From: an uncultured Janthinobacterium sp.
GTDB taxonomy: Bacteria > Vulcanimicrobiota > Vulcanimicrobiia > Vulcanimicrobiales > Vulcanimicrobiaceae
Reading direction: 5' to 3'
Length of the DNA stretch: 44,525 nt
NCBI GenBank assembly: GCA_964658025.1
Contig: CAZZXB010000001.1
Span: 13,320 to 57,844, forward strand
Shown here: positions 1-9,775 of the stretch, in pieces
How positions within the stretch are numbered: the stretch's first letter is position 1
Layout of the letters: each line of letters starts with the position of its first letter
The notes under the pieces: generated by a model
The model's database searches: none
The model's input: the letters and a program-made list of their open reading frames with translations, nothing else
Told to the model about the DNA's origin: nothing
Translations under genes and position numbers: made by a program

Positions 1-114
1 CGATCGCCGCCGGGTCGAAACTTTGTCCTCCATCACACGCCGCATACGGGTGCGCCCTTCATCCGATCTCGAACGTTCACTTCGAGGCAGAGCGAGTCGG
101 AGGGAAGCGCGTCG

Positions 115-522
115 ATGTACTGGTCATTTGCCGCTAACGATTGTAGCGATGCCGTCGGGATGCGTGCGACGTTCGTTTCGTACTTGCGCGCGCGCGCCGT
201 CCCCGGTTGCGACCTCATGGCGGCGGAGATCGCTTTCGGCGAACTCGTCGGAAACGTCGTCCGACACGCGCCGGGACCGATCGCGATCGAAGTCAACTGG
301 ACCGGCCCGTATCCCGTGCTCGTCGTTACCGATCGCGGCCGCGGCTTCGATCCGAGAACGACGCAGGCCGACGTCATGGACGAGAGCGGTCGAGGACTCT
401 TCCTCGTGAAAGCGCTCGCGGGCGAGCCGATCGTGGAGTATCGGCCGGGCATCGGTTGCCGGGTGAGCGTCACGCTCCGCGTACCACGTATCGACGATTC
501 GTCGAGCCTCGCCGTCGCGTGA
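115..522 (+). CDS. RsbW-like anti-sigma factor / HATPase_c ATP-binding protein
   Basis: ELVGNVVRHA (N-box), DRGRGF (G1) and ESGRGLFLV (G2) motifs; GGAGGG upstream of the ATG. Confidence 0.85.
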   Translation: MYWSFAANDCSDAVGMRATFVSYLRARAVPGCDLMAAEIAFGELVGNVVRHAPGPIAIEVNWTGPYPVLVVTDRGRGFDPRTTQADVMDESGRGLFLVKALAGEPIVEYRPGIGCRVSVTLRVPRIDDSSSLAVA

Positions 523-687
523 CGTAATCGCCGCCCGCGGTCGTCGACCGCCCGCGTCGGCTCCGAGCGAGCGCTCGGGACGCGTATGCGCTCGAAGCTT
601 CGCGATTCGTCCACGATCGGTCGCTCCGTCGCGAAGATCGCGTCGTTACCGTAAATATCGTGCGCCCGACGCGCGCGAGCGTGTATC

Positions 688-1929
688 ATGCCGATGGACA
701 TGACGAAAGAACTCGCCGGTATCTCGCGCGGCGGAGCCGGCTTCGCCCGCGCGAACGCGGCGCTCGGGCTCGTCGGCTTCGCGACGTTCGCTTCGCTGTA
801 TTGCGTCCAGCCGCTGATGCCGCTCTTCTCGCGCGAGTTCGCCGTCACGCCCGCGATCGCGAGCCTCACGCTTTCGGCGACGACGCTCGCGCTCGCGTTC
901 GGCGTCCTCGTCGCGGGTCCGATCTCGGAATCGCTCGGTCGACGATCCGTGATGTTCGCGTCGTTACTCGTCGCCGCGTCGTGCGATATCGGCGGCGCGT
1001 TCTCGCACGGGTTCGCGACGTTACTCGTCTGGCGTCTTCTCGAGGGCCTCGCGCTCGCGGGCCTACCCGCCGTCGCCATGGCGTACATCGGCGAGGAATT
1101 CCAGGCGTCCTCGCTCGGCATCACGATGGGATTGTACGTGGCATCGACGGCGATCGGCGGGCTCGCGGGTCGGCTCGCCGCGGGCATCATCGCGGACGGT
1201 CACGGCTGGCGGACCGCGCTCGCGACGATCGGTTGCGCGGGTTTCGCCGTCGCGCTCGCGTTCGTCCGCTTACTCCCGCCGTCGCGACGGTTCGTCTCTC
1301 GCGCGTTTCGGGTGACGACGATGTTCGGCGCGTACCGCGATCACTTCGGCGACGGCGGTCTACGCGCGCTCTACGCGATCGGGTTCGTGAGTATGGGCAC
1401 GTTCGTCAGCCTCTACAACTACCTCTCCTACCGGCTCCTCGCGGCGCCGTACCATCTGACGCAGACCGCGCTCGCGTCCGTCTACGTCGTGTATCTCGGC
1501 GGGATCGCGGCGTCGCTCGGCGTCGGCGAACTCGCCGATCGCTTCGGACGCCGGCGTCTGCTCTGGCTCGCCTTCGGGACGATCTTCGTCGGCGCGATCG
1601 TGACGCTCGCATCGGGTCTCGCGCCCATCGTGATCGGCATCGCGATCGTCACGCTCGGTTTTTTCGCGACGCACTCGCTCGCGAGCAGTTGGATCGGCCG
1701 CCGCGCGCGACACGCGCTCGCGCAGGCGAGCTCGCTCTACTTATTCTTTTACTATCTCGGCTCGACGACGCTCGGAACGCTCGGCGGGATCGCGTACGCG
1801 GCGCGCGGTTGGGGCGGACTCGTCGCGAGCCTCGCCCTGCTCCTGGTCCCGGGATTCTTCGTGGCGCTGCGCCTACGCGGCCTCGTTCCGGTCTCGAGCG
1901 TCTCGGTGCCGCAACGCATCGTCGGCTGA
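688..1929 (+). CDS. MFS transporter, YnfM-like
   Basis: About 12 hydrophobic segments; LYCVQPLMP, GPISESLGRR (motif A) and ASSLYLFFYYLG; start could be 688, 694 or 700. Confidence 0.88.
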   Translation: MPMDMTKELAGISRGGAGFARANAALGLVGFATFASLYCVQPLMPLFSREFAVTPAIASLTLSATTLALAFGVLVAGPISESLGRRSVMFASLLVAASCDIGGAFSHGFATLLVWRLLEGLALAGLPAVAMAYIGEEFQASSLGITMGLYVASTAIGGLAGRLAAGIIADGHGWRTALATIGCAGFAVALAFVRLLPPSRRFVSRAFRVTTMFGAYRDHFGDGGLRALYAIGFVSMGTFVSLYNYLSYRLLAAPYHLTQTALASVYVVYLGGIAASLGVGELADRFGRRRLLWLAFGTIFVGAIVTLASGLAPIVIGIAIVTLGFFATHSLASSWIGRRARHALAQASSLYLFFYYLGSTTLGTLGGIAYAARGWGGLVASLALLLVPGFFVALRLRGLVPVSSVSVPQRIVG

Positions 1930-1942
1930 AACGCGGCCGACG

Positions 1943-2881
1943 CTACTTCGCCTCGAGCGCCTGCACGAAGTCGCCCGTCGGAGACGCCCAGACGAACCAG
2001 ATCTTCTTCGTCTGCGGATCGATCGCGGTCGTGTGAACTCCCGGATCGACTTTGGCCTGCGAGAGGATGGTCGGCGCGCCGGCGGGCTCGTCGCGCAGGA
2101 GCGTGATCGCGCCGCTTCCGGCACACGCGATCTCGTGCGAGGTGCGATCGAGCGTACACTGATCGACGCGCGCTTGGATCGCGGTCTTGCCGACGAGTTT
2201 GCCGTCCGGCGTGTAGACGGCGAGCGTGCCGTTCTGGCCGCCGACGATCACGTGATCGTAGTCCGGATCGTATTGAAGCGGATGGTTTCCCTTGATCTCC
2301 GGCGTGACGACCGTCCGCGTGACCTTGAGCGACGTGGGATCGATCACGACGAACTCGCCGAGGTTCGCGATGTTCTGATAGACCTCGTGCGTCTTGGGAT
2401 TCACGGTGAGATACTCGGGCTTGTGGCCCGGCAACGCGACCGCTCCGACGCTCGTCATCGTTTTCGCATCGATGACGTAGACGTGCGTTCCGTCGTCCTC
2501 GTCGGCGTAGATGTGGCCGTTACTCGGATCGAAGGCGATCGCGTCGACGTTCCCGTCGGTATCGACGCTGCGGAGTTCTTTCATCGCGACGGGATCGATC
2601 TCGGAGACCGACCGCGCTTCGCCGTTCCCCGTGAACACGTGACCCGTGGCGGGATCGACGGCGATCCCGGCGACGAAACCGACCTTCACCTGACCGAGCA
2701 CCTTACCCGTGTCGGCATCGACGATCAGCAACGCCGCACTCCCGGGATGCGCGGCGTAGATGCGCCGGTGCGCGGCGTCGGCGACGACGTAGTCGAAGCC
2801 GCTGAACATCGGAACGGGTTGTGGCGGAGCGACCGGAAGTAAAGTCATGGCGCGCATCTGTTGGCGGCCGATGCGCGCCAT
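1943..2881 (-). CDS. YncE/YVTN-type beta-propeller protein
   Basis: Repeated blade motifs (IAVDPATGHVF, IAFDPSNGHIY, LTVNPKTHEVY); start uncertain (2881, 2857 or 2848). Confidence 0.75.
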   Translation of the reverse strand: MARIGRQQMRAMTLLPVAPPQPVPMFSGFDYVVADAAHRRIYAAHPGSAALLIVDADTGKVLGQVKVGFVAGIAVDPATGHVFTGNGEARSVSEIDPVAMKELRSVDTDGNVDAIAFDPSNGHIYADEDDGTHVYVIDAKTMTSVGAVALPGHKPEYLTVNPKTHEVYQNIANLGEFVVIDPTSLKVTRTVVTPEIKGNHPLQYDPDYDHVIVGGQNGTLAVYTPDGKLVGKTAIQARVDQCTLDRTSHEIACAGSGAITLLRDEPAGAPTILSQAKVDPGVHTTAIDPQTKKIWFVWASPTGDFVQALEAK

Positions 2882-3094
2882 CTCCTTCGCGCGGGCGCGA
2901 CATCGCCTTCACGATACGCTGACGAATTCGGGCGTGCGTTTGCGGCGCGTTCGGGCCCGCGACGCCACGGTCGCATCGAGAGTTCGGCGCGCGTACGTAG
3001 CGATCGAGGGCGCCTCGCGATCGGCCTTCGGCCGCGGCCGACGCGGCGTGGCGTCACGCGGACGCCGTCTCGTCGCGACGGCCGGACGCTCCGA

Positions 3095-3349
3095 TCACTC
3101 GGCGTCGTGGAACGTGCCGCGCTTCGCCGTTTCGTCGAGTTCGAGATCCTCGAGCAAGTAATAGACGATCTTGCGGTCGTCGAACCCGATCTTCGCGAGC
3201 TGCTTGCCGCCGATCGTCACGACCTCGTGGACGTGCCCGGTCCGGCCCGCATACCGATAGTTCATCTCCGAGTAGTCGGCGCGGTCGGCGGGCGGGCGCG
3301 GGACGGCCTTCGTGCCGCGGAGCGGCGTCTGGTGGCGGTGTTCGCTCAC
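3095..3349 (-). CDS. small hypothetical protein (SH3/KOW-like beta-rich C-terminus)
   Basis: GTG at 3349 (or ATG at 3265) opens a protein-like stretch YRYAGRTGHVHEVVTIGGKQLAKIGFDDRKIVYYLLEDLE; the rest of the long track ORF is antisense shadow. Confidence 0.6.
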   Translation of the reverse strand: MSEHRHQTPLRGTKAVPRPPADRADYSEMNYRYAGRTGHVHEVVTIGGKQLAKIGFDDRKIVYYLLEDLELDETAKRGTFHDAE

Positions 3350-3409
3350 GAGGGACGGGCGGTACGAGGCGGAACAGGCATGGCCGGTCGCTTTCGCCCG
3401 AGGTCGCGC

Positions 3410-3964
3410 ATGTTCATCGAATACAAAGGCAAATCCCCACGCGTTCATCCCACCGCGTTCGTCGCGCCGACGGCCGTCCTCATCGGCGACGTCGAGGTCG
3501 GCGCCGACTCGAGCATCTGGTTCGGAGCGGTGATCCGCGGCGACAACGGCCCGATCCGTATCGGCGCGCGCACGAACGTGCAGGACAATTCCGTCATCCA
3601 CGTCTCGCAAAACCATCGCACGGTCGTCGGCGACGACGTGACCGTCGGTCACTGCGCCGTCCTCGAGGACTGCGCGATCGGCAACGGCGCGCTCGTCGGC
3701 ATGAATTCGGTGATCCTCAACGGCGCGACCGTGGGGAGTCGCGCGCTCGTCGCCGCGGGCTCCGTCGTCTCGGCGGGCGCGAACATCCCGGCCGAAGTGC
3801 TCGCCGCGGGCGTTCCGGCCGTCGTGAAGAAAAAACTCGAGGGTGCGGCCTTCGCGTGGGTCGACGAGGGCGGCCCCGAATACGTCGAACTCTCGCGCGA
3901 GTATCTCCATCACGGCCTCGGCGATCCCGAAATGCACGAACTCGCCGAAGCGAAAGCGCCGTAA
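3410..3964 (+). CDS. gamma carbonic anhydrase family (hexapeptide-repeat) protein
   Basis: MFIEYKGKSPRVHPTAFVAP, IRGDNGPIRIG, NVQDNSVIH and VTVGHCAVL; left-handed beta-helix repeats. Confidence 0.9.
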   Translation: MFIEYKGKSPRVHPTAFVAPTAVLIGDVEVGADSSIWFGAVIRGDNGPIRIGARTNVQDNSVIHVSQNHRTVVGDDVTVGHCAVLEDCAIGNGALVGMNSVILNGATVGSRALVAAGSVVSAGANIPAEVLAAGVPAVVKKKLEGAAFAWVDEGGPEYVELSREYLHHGLGDPEMHELAEAKAP

Positions 3965-4068
3965 CTCGGGCGACGGTCGCGTCGTTCGCGATCGCCCGTA
4001 TCGAGCGCGGATCGCCCGTCGCGCGAGCGTCGGACGATTCGCGAGTCGCCGTTTCGAGCGATACGCCG

Positions 4069-5442
4069 CTACGGCGCGGCGTAGTGCGAGCCGTCGGCGT
4101 ACGGAACGAAGAGCGTGTGCTCCTTGAGGAATCGTAACTTCACGGTCCCCGTCGGTCCGTTGCGCGACTTCGCGATGATGAACTCCGTGAGATCGGGCTC
4201 GGGCGCGCTTTCGGGATTGTAGTACGCGTCGCGATACAAGAACGTCACCATATCGGCTTCCTGCTCGATCGATCCGCTATCGCGGAGATCGGAGAGCATC
4301 GGGCGCTTGTCGTTGCGCGATTCCACGCCGCGATTGAGCTGGGCGAGCGCGAAGATCGGGATCTTGAGATCTTTCGCCGTGGCTTTGAGGACGCGGCAGA
4401 TCTCGGCGAGTTCGTCGTTGCGATTTTGCGGGCGCGCCGAGGGCGAGGGCCGCACGAGTTGCAAGTAATCGATGAAGACGGCCGCGAGCCCGTTCCCCGA
4501 ATGCAAGCGCCGACAGCGACTGCGGATCTCGCTCACGGTGATCGTCCCCGAATCGTCGATGTAGATCGGGAGTTCGGAGAGCGCGCTCATCCCCTTCGAG
4601 ATCTTCTCCCATTCGGGATCGCGCACGTTGCCGCGCTTGAGGTTCTGCGCGTTGATCCGCGCCTCGCCGCAGAGCAAGCGCGTGACGAGTTCCTCGTTCG
4701 TCATCTCGAGCGAGAAGAACGCGACGGGTTTCTGCTCCTCGCGCGCCGCGGCGGCGGCCATCGTGAGCGCCATCGACGTCTTGCCCATCGCCGGTCGCGC
4801 GGCGAGGATCACGAAGTTTCCGGGCTGGAAACCCGCCGTGTACTCGTCGATATCGCGAAAGCCCGACGTCAGTCCCGTGCGATCGCCGCGGTTGTGATAC
4901 ATCCGGTCGATCTGCTCGAACGTGCCCTTGAGCAGTTTGTAGATCGGGGTGAACTCGCCGTGGTTCTGCCGCTGACCGATCTCGTAGACCATCTGCTCGC
5001 TGCGATCGAGCGCGCCTTCGACGTCCTCTTCGTTTTCGAATCCGATCCGGGTGATCTGCGTCCCCGCGTGGATCAGACCGCGCAGCGTCGATTTCTCGCG
5101 CACGATGTTCGCGTAGTAGACCGCCGAGGCCGCCGTCGGCACGGTATCCATGAGCGACGTGAGATACGGCAATCCGCCGACGCGATCGAGCACGTCGCGT
5201 CGTCGCAACTCCTCGGCGAGCGTGATCTTGTCGAGCGGTTCGCCGCGTTCGTAGAGTTGCGCGAGCGCGACGAACACCGTCTCGTGAACGTACGCGTAGA
5301 AATCCGCGGGCCCGAGGATCTCCGTTACCGCGGCCATCATCTCGCGATCGACGAGGATCGATCCGATGACCGCCATCTCCGCCTCGAGATTGTGCGGCGG
5401 GATGCGATCGATCGACTGGGCGTTATTCGCCGCAAGCGCCAT
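4069..5442 (-). CDS. dnaB: replicative DNA helicase DnaB
   Basis: PPHNLEAE N-terminus, ARPAMGKT Walker A, IDYLQL, AQLNRGVE and LRDSGSIEQEAD; TGATG overlap with the upstream gene; no intein. Confidence 0.97.
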   Translation of the reverse strand: MALAANNAQSIDRIPPHNLEAEMAVIGSILVDREMMAAVTEILGPADFYAYVHETVFVALAQLYERGEPLDKITLAEELRRRDVLDRVGGLPYLTSLMDTVPTAASAVYYANIVREKSTLRGLIHAGTQITRIGFENEEDVEGALDRSEQMVYEIGQRQNHGEFTPIYKLLKGTFEQIDRMYHNRGDRTGLTSGFRDIDEYTAGFQPGNFVILAARPAMGKTSMALTMAAAAAREEQKPVAFFSLEMTNEELVTRLLCGEARINAQNLKRGNVRDPEWEKISKGMSALSELPIYIDDSGTITVSEIRSRCRRLHSGNGLAAVFIDYLQLVRPSPSARPQNRNDELAEICRVLKATAKDLKIPIFALAQLNRGVESRNDKRPMLSDLRDSGSIEQEADMVTFLYRDAYYNPESAPEPDLTEFIIAKSRNGPTGTVKLRFLKEHTLFVPYADGSHYAAP

Positions 5443-7430
5443 CAGCGCGACGCCTTGCGCGCGGCGTTGCGACGCGCGGTCGCCTTCGCGGCGGGCGTTC
5501 CGATGCCGAGCGCGGCGAACGCCTGCGCGACGTTCGAAACCGGAACGATCTCGATCCCCGTGATGCCGCGTTCGACGTCGCGCGCGTTCTCGCGCGGCAC
5601 GATCGCGAGCCGCATCCCGGCCTGACGCGCGGCGTAGATCTTCTCCGTGATCCCGCCGACCGGACGCACGTGACCCGAGATCGAGAGTTCGCCCGTCACC
5701 GCGACGTCCTGCGGGAGACGCGTTTTCGTGACGGCCGAGTAGAGCGCGAGAAAGACGGCGAGCCCGGCCGACGGGCCGTCGATGTTCGCCCCGCCGATGA
5801 CGTTGACGTGGAGGTCGTAATCGAGCGGATCGACGCCCGCGAGCGCGCGCACGACCGAGGTCGCGTTGAACACGCTGTCCTTGGCCATCGATCCCGCGGT
5901 GTCGTTGAAGCGGACGCTCCCCTTGCGCGAATCCGGCGCGCGAAACGCCGTCGCCTCGATCTCGATGATCCCGCCGACGTGGTGCGCGACCGCGAGGCCG
6001 AACGTCTTGCCGAGCGCCGTCGTCCGCTTCGCGCGCACGGGCGTGTGGGGCGCGAGCCGACCGCTCTGGACGACCGTCGTCACGTCGTCTTCCACGATCG
6101 TCACGACCGGATGCGCCGGCGTCGCGGCGCCGCGCGGTTCGTCGCCGCGCTCGCGGAACAGCGCGTGACCGTGCGCGTCGGCGAGGATCTGCACGGCTTT
6201 CCGACCCTCGATCGTGTACGACGCGACGAGCGAGGCGACGCGGCGCGCGAGCTTGACGCCGAGCCGCTTCGCCGCGCCCGTCACGACCTCGCGGATCTGC
6301 GGCTCGGTGAGCGGTTCGAAGTACACTTCGGCGCAACGCGAACGGATCGCCGCGTCGATCTCGCTCGGATCGCGCGTCGTCGCGCCGATCATGATGAAAT
6401 CCGCGGGCGCGCCGTCGGTGAAGAGTTTGCGGACGTACGCGGGGACGCTCGCATCGCTCGGATCGTAATACGACGATTCGAACGTGAAGCGTTTGTCCTC
6501 GAGGACCTTGAGCAACTTCGTCTGTAGGATCGGATCCATCTCGCCGAGTTCGTCGATGAAGAGCACGCCGCCGTGCGCTTTCGTGACGAGTCCGAGCTTG
6601 GGTTCCGGAATGCCGCCCTCCGCGAAATCGCGGCGGCTCCCCTGATAGATCGGATCGTGCACGCTTCCGAGCAACGGATTCGTCGTCTCGCGCGCGTCCC
6701 AACGTAGCGTCGCACCGCTCGCCTCGACGAACGGCGCGTCGGCGGAGAACGGCGTGTAGGAGCGCGTTTTCGCGACCTCGAGCGCGAGCCGCGCGACCGT
6801 CGTCTTCCCGACGCCGGGCGGACCGTAGAGGATGACGTGCTGCGGAAACGGGGACGAGATCTTCGCGAGGAGCGACGCGATCGCGGAACGTTGACCGACG
6901 ACGTCGGCGAGCGCGTGCGGCCGCAACAACTGCAGGGCCGACGCGGCGAGCTTGCGCGCGTCGAGGGCGACGAGATCGTCCAGCTTTTTTTTCGACGCGG
7001 GCGTTTCGGGGCCGCCGTCGTCGCGGATCGCTTCGAGCCGGAGTTCCTTGAGATACTCCTGATGGCGTTCGGCCATCTTGAGATTGACCTTCGTCTCGAT
7101 CTTGTCTTCGACGCTCCGCTGCGCGACGAGATCGGCGAGCCCGTCTTCGATCTCCGCGATCGCCTCGGCGAACTTCCCGGGCTGCGGCAGGCGATCGAGC
7201 GTGGGATCTTCGAACACGAGGCGCTGCAACGCGAGGATGCGCTCGGGCAACGCCGTGGAGCGCATCATCTTGAGCGCGTCGAGCTTCCCCGCGCGCAACA
7301 CCATCTTCTCGGTGCCGATCGCCGTGCCGAGCACGTCGTAGAGCGCCGCGACGTAGCGACGCACGCCGTCGTCGCCGCCGATCTTTCGACGGAACCGGGC
7401 TACGTACGCGGGATCGGCCCCTTGCGCCAT
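5442..7430 (-). CDS. lonC: Lon-family ATP-dependent protease (LonC/LonB-type)
   Basis: GPPGVGKT Walker A, LFIDE Walker B, Lon_C domain with DGPSAG catalytic Ser and GGITEK Lys. Confidence 0.88.
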   Translation of the reverse strand: MAQGADPAYVARFRRKIGGDDGVRRYVAALYDVLGTAIGTEKMVLRAGKLDALKMMRSTALPERILALQRLVFEDPTLDRLPQPGKFAEAIAEIEDGLADLVAQRSVEDKIETKVNLKMAERHQEYLKELRLEAIRDDGGPETPASKKKLDDLVALDARKLAASALQLLRPHALADVVGQRSAIASLLAKISSPFPQHVILYGPPGVGKTTVARLALEVAKTRSYTPFSADAPFVEASGATLRWDARETTNPLLGSVHDPIYQGSRRDFAEGGIPEPKLGLVTKAHGGVLFIDELGEMDPILQTKLLKVLEDKRFTFESSYYDPSDASVPAYVRKLFTDGAPADFIMIGATTRDPSEIDAAIRSRCAEVYFEPLTEPQIREVVTGAAKRLGVKLARRVASLVASYTIEGRKAVQILADAHGHALFRERGDEPRGAATPAHPVVTIVEDDVTTVVQSGRLAPHTPVRAKRTTALGKTFGLAVAHHVGGIIEIEATAFRAPDSRKGSVRFNDTAGSMAKDSVFNATSVVRALAGVDPLDYDLHVNVIGGANIDGPSAGLAVFLALYSAVTKTRLPQDVAVTGELSISGHVRPVGGITEKIYAARQAGMRLAIVPRENARDVERGITGIEIVPVSNVAQAFAALGIGTPAAKATARRNAARKASR

Positions 7431-7436
7431 AGACCT

Positions 7437-7889
7437 CTAGTTCGTCGCGGCGACGACTTTGACCGTGCTCTTTGCCGTGACGTTTTTGCCGAGCTTGATC
7501 TCGATCGGATAGCTCCCGAGCGACTTGATGTTGTCGGGGACCTCGATCTTGTGGCGGTCGACTTCGACGCCGAGCTCGCGACGGATCGCCTCGGCGACGT
7601 CGCCGTTGGTCACCGCGCCGAAGAGTCGGCCGTTGCCGCCCGCCTTCGCGGGAACGTTCAGTTGTAAACCTTCGAGCTGCTTGCCGAGCGCTTCCGCGCT
7701 CGCGACCGCTTCCGCGTCGCGACGCGCCTTCGCCTTGCGCTGTTGTTCGAGAAGCGCGAGCGAGCCCTTCGACGCCTCGGCCGCGAGGCCGCGCGGGAGC
7801 AAGTAATTACGCGCGTAGCCGTCCGCCACGTCGACGACGGTACCGATCGGGCCGAGCGATTTGACTTCGCTCATCAAGATGATCTTCAT
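7437..7889 (-). CDS. rplI: 50S ribosomal protein L9
   Basis: MKIILMSEVKSLG...GYARNYLLPRGLA and GRLFGAVT. Confidence 0.97.
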   Translation of the reverse strand: MKIILMSEVKSLGPIGTVVDVADGYARNYLLPRGLAAEASKGSLALLEQQRKAKARRDAEAVASAEALGKQLEGLQLNVPAKAGGNGRLFGAVTNGDVAEAIRRELGVEVDRHKIEVPDNIKSLGSYPIEIKLGKNVTAKSTVKVVAATN

Positions 7890-7892
7890 GGC

Positions 7893-8150
7893 CTACTCTG
7901 AGACGAAGGGAAGGAAAGCGATCACGCGGGCGCGCTTCACGGCGACCGTCAGGAGACGCTGGTGGCGGGCGCAACTGCCGCTGATGCGCCGCGGCAAGAT
8001 CTTGCCGCGCTCGGAGATGTACTTGCGCAGGCGCGTGACGTCTTTATAGTTGATGTCGGCGATCTTGTCGGCGCAGAAATTACAGATCTTGCGCTTGGGG
8101 CGGCGTTCCTTTTTGGCGGAACTGCGCTTCTTGGACGTGCTGGCGGCCAT
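7893..8150 (-). CDS. rpsR: 30S ribosomal protein S18 (zinc-binding C+ form)
   Basis: CNFC...[39 protein letters not shown] before the ATG at 8150. Confidence 0.97.
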   Translation of the reverse strand: MAASTSKKRSSAKKERRPKRKICNFCADKIADINYKDVTRLRKYISERGKILPRRISGSCARHQRLLTVAVKRARVIAFLPFVSE

Positions 8151-8307
8151 CCGGGATTCCTCTCGTAGCATGTAGGTGGTGACGGCGACGGGACGTCCGG
8201 TGACGTCCGTGGCCCTACACACGTCGCACGCTCGCGCGCGACGACCGGCAAGAGCCGGATTTCGTCGTCGTTCTCGCGCGGTGCGGGCGCGAAGCGACAA
8301 CCGGGCG

Positions 8308-8337
8308 ATTATATCGCAGGCGGCGTCGAAATGCCAG
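8308..8337 (-). promoter_or_regulatory. sigma70-type promoter of the rpsR-rplI-lonC-dnaB operon
   Basis: Minus strand CTGGCA-N18-TATAAT; perfect -10 at 8308-8313. Confidence 0.65.
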
Positions 8338-9260
8338 CACTTCCGGCGGGTAGAACCCGTGGGGTCGTGATCGGCAACGGATGCAGCGTCCTCGTCACCG
8401 GCGCCTCGAGCGGGATCGGGCTCGCGATCGCGACCGCGCTCGACCGCCGCGGCTGGACCGTGTTCGCGGGGGTGCGCCGCGACGTCGACGCCGAGCGGCT
8501 CCGCGCGATCCTCTCCGCACGGTCGGAGCCGGTCCGCCTCGACGTCACCGTGCCCGACGAGATCTCCGCGGCGATCGCCCGGATCGGGCGGGCGACGGGC
8601 GGCCGACTCGACGCGCTCGTGAACAACGCGGGGATCGTCGTACTCGGACCCTTCGAGGCGCTCGAACTCCGGGCGTGGCAGGACCTCTATGCGGTCAACG
8701 TCTTCGGCGCGGTCGCGGTGATCCGCGCGGCACTTCCGCTCCTGCGCGCGTCGCGCGGCCGGATCGCGAACGTCGGGTCGATCTCGGCCTCGTCGCCGTG
8801 GCCGTTCCAATCGATCTACGCGTCCTCGAAGATCGCGCTCCGGCAGATCGGCGGGATCCTCCGCGTCGAGCTGCGGCCGTTCGGTATCCGCGTCGCGCAC
8901 GTCGAGCCGGGCGTCGTCCGCAGCGCGATCTGGAAGAAGCCGCCGGGCGCGGGTCACCGCGGCCTCGACGGCCTCCCCGCCGATCTCGGGAACGCCTACG
9001 AGGCGATGTTTCGCGCGATCGACGCGGCGAGCGAGCGGATCGGCGCGAGGGCACCCGATGCCGAGGCCGTCGTGCGCGCCGTCGCGCACGCGCTCGAGTC
9101 GCGTCGACCACGAGAACACTACACGGCGGGGCTCGATGCCCGCTTCCAACGACTCGTCGATACCTTGGTGCCACGACGACTCCGCGAGCGCGTCGTCGGT
9201 TTCGGAATCGAACGCATCGTGCGACGGTCGGGATTTTCGAAGCGGTCGAACGCACGTTAA
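8331..9260 (+). CDS. short-chain dehydrogenase/reductase
   Basis: [12 protein letters not shown] and YASSK motifs; likely start GTG 8367. Confidence 0.9.
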   Translation: MPALPAGRTRGVVIGNGCSVLVTGASSGIGLAIATALDRRGWTVFAGVRRDVDAERLRAILSARSEPVRLDVTVPDEISAAIARIGRATGGRLDALVNNAGIVVLGPFEALELRAWQDLYAVNVFGAVAVIRAALPLLRASRGRIANVGSISASSPWPFQSIYASSKIALRQIGGILRVELRPFGIRVAHVEPGVVRSAIWKKPPGAGHRGLDGLPADLGNAYEAMFRAIDAASERIGARAPDAEAVVRAVAHALESRRPREHYTAGLDARFQRLVDTLVPRRLRERVVGFGIERIVRRSGFSKRSNAR

Positions 9261-9775
9261 CCCGCGGTCGACGTCCTCCGCACCGATCGAAACGCGCGGC
9301 GAGTGCGGCGCGGCGCGCACGTCGCGCTCGCCGCGACGCATCAGGCGCGATCGTGCGTGCGATTCCGGATCTCGCACGCCGACGCAACACGATTTTCTCG
9401 CACGCGCATGGCAGATGTCGTGGTCTCGATCTCTCGCGCGCGTCGCTTGATGGTCTCGCGCGATTTTTCAATGCACGCTTCGTGCTCGGATCGAACGGAA
9501 TCGTGTATTGACAAGGCGCTCCATGCGATATCGGTGTCGCGCCGTAGCGAATCGTTCGGAGATTATTGGTTTTTTCGAAAGGACGGAATCCGTTCGTCTC
9601 ACAAACTGAGTCGTCATCGCCGAAACGCTTCCGATGTACGCTTCGCACGAACGAATAATCGCTGGCGCCTCGCATCGTCACTTAGACGCTCGCTTTCGAT
9701 CGTCGCTCGCGAACGCGGGCGACGTCGATCGCAATCCGCACGGGCTCGCACAATCCCGGCCCGAGAAAGTATCTC

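Noticed and set aside
3965..4068. GC hairpins between the convergent gamma-CA and dnaB genes
   Set aside because: No U-tract, and such stems are expected by chance in this composition.
4069..6702. Apparent 877-aa DnaB with an N-terminal extension or intein
   Set aside because: The true start is 5442, the extension is an off-frame read of lonC, and no intein motifs are present.
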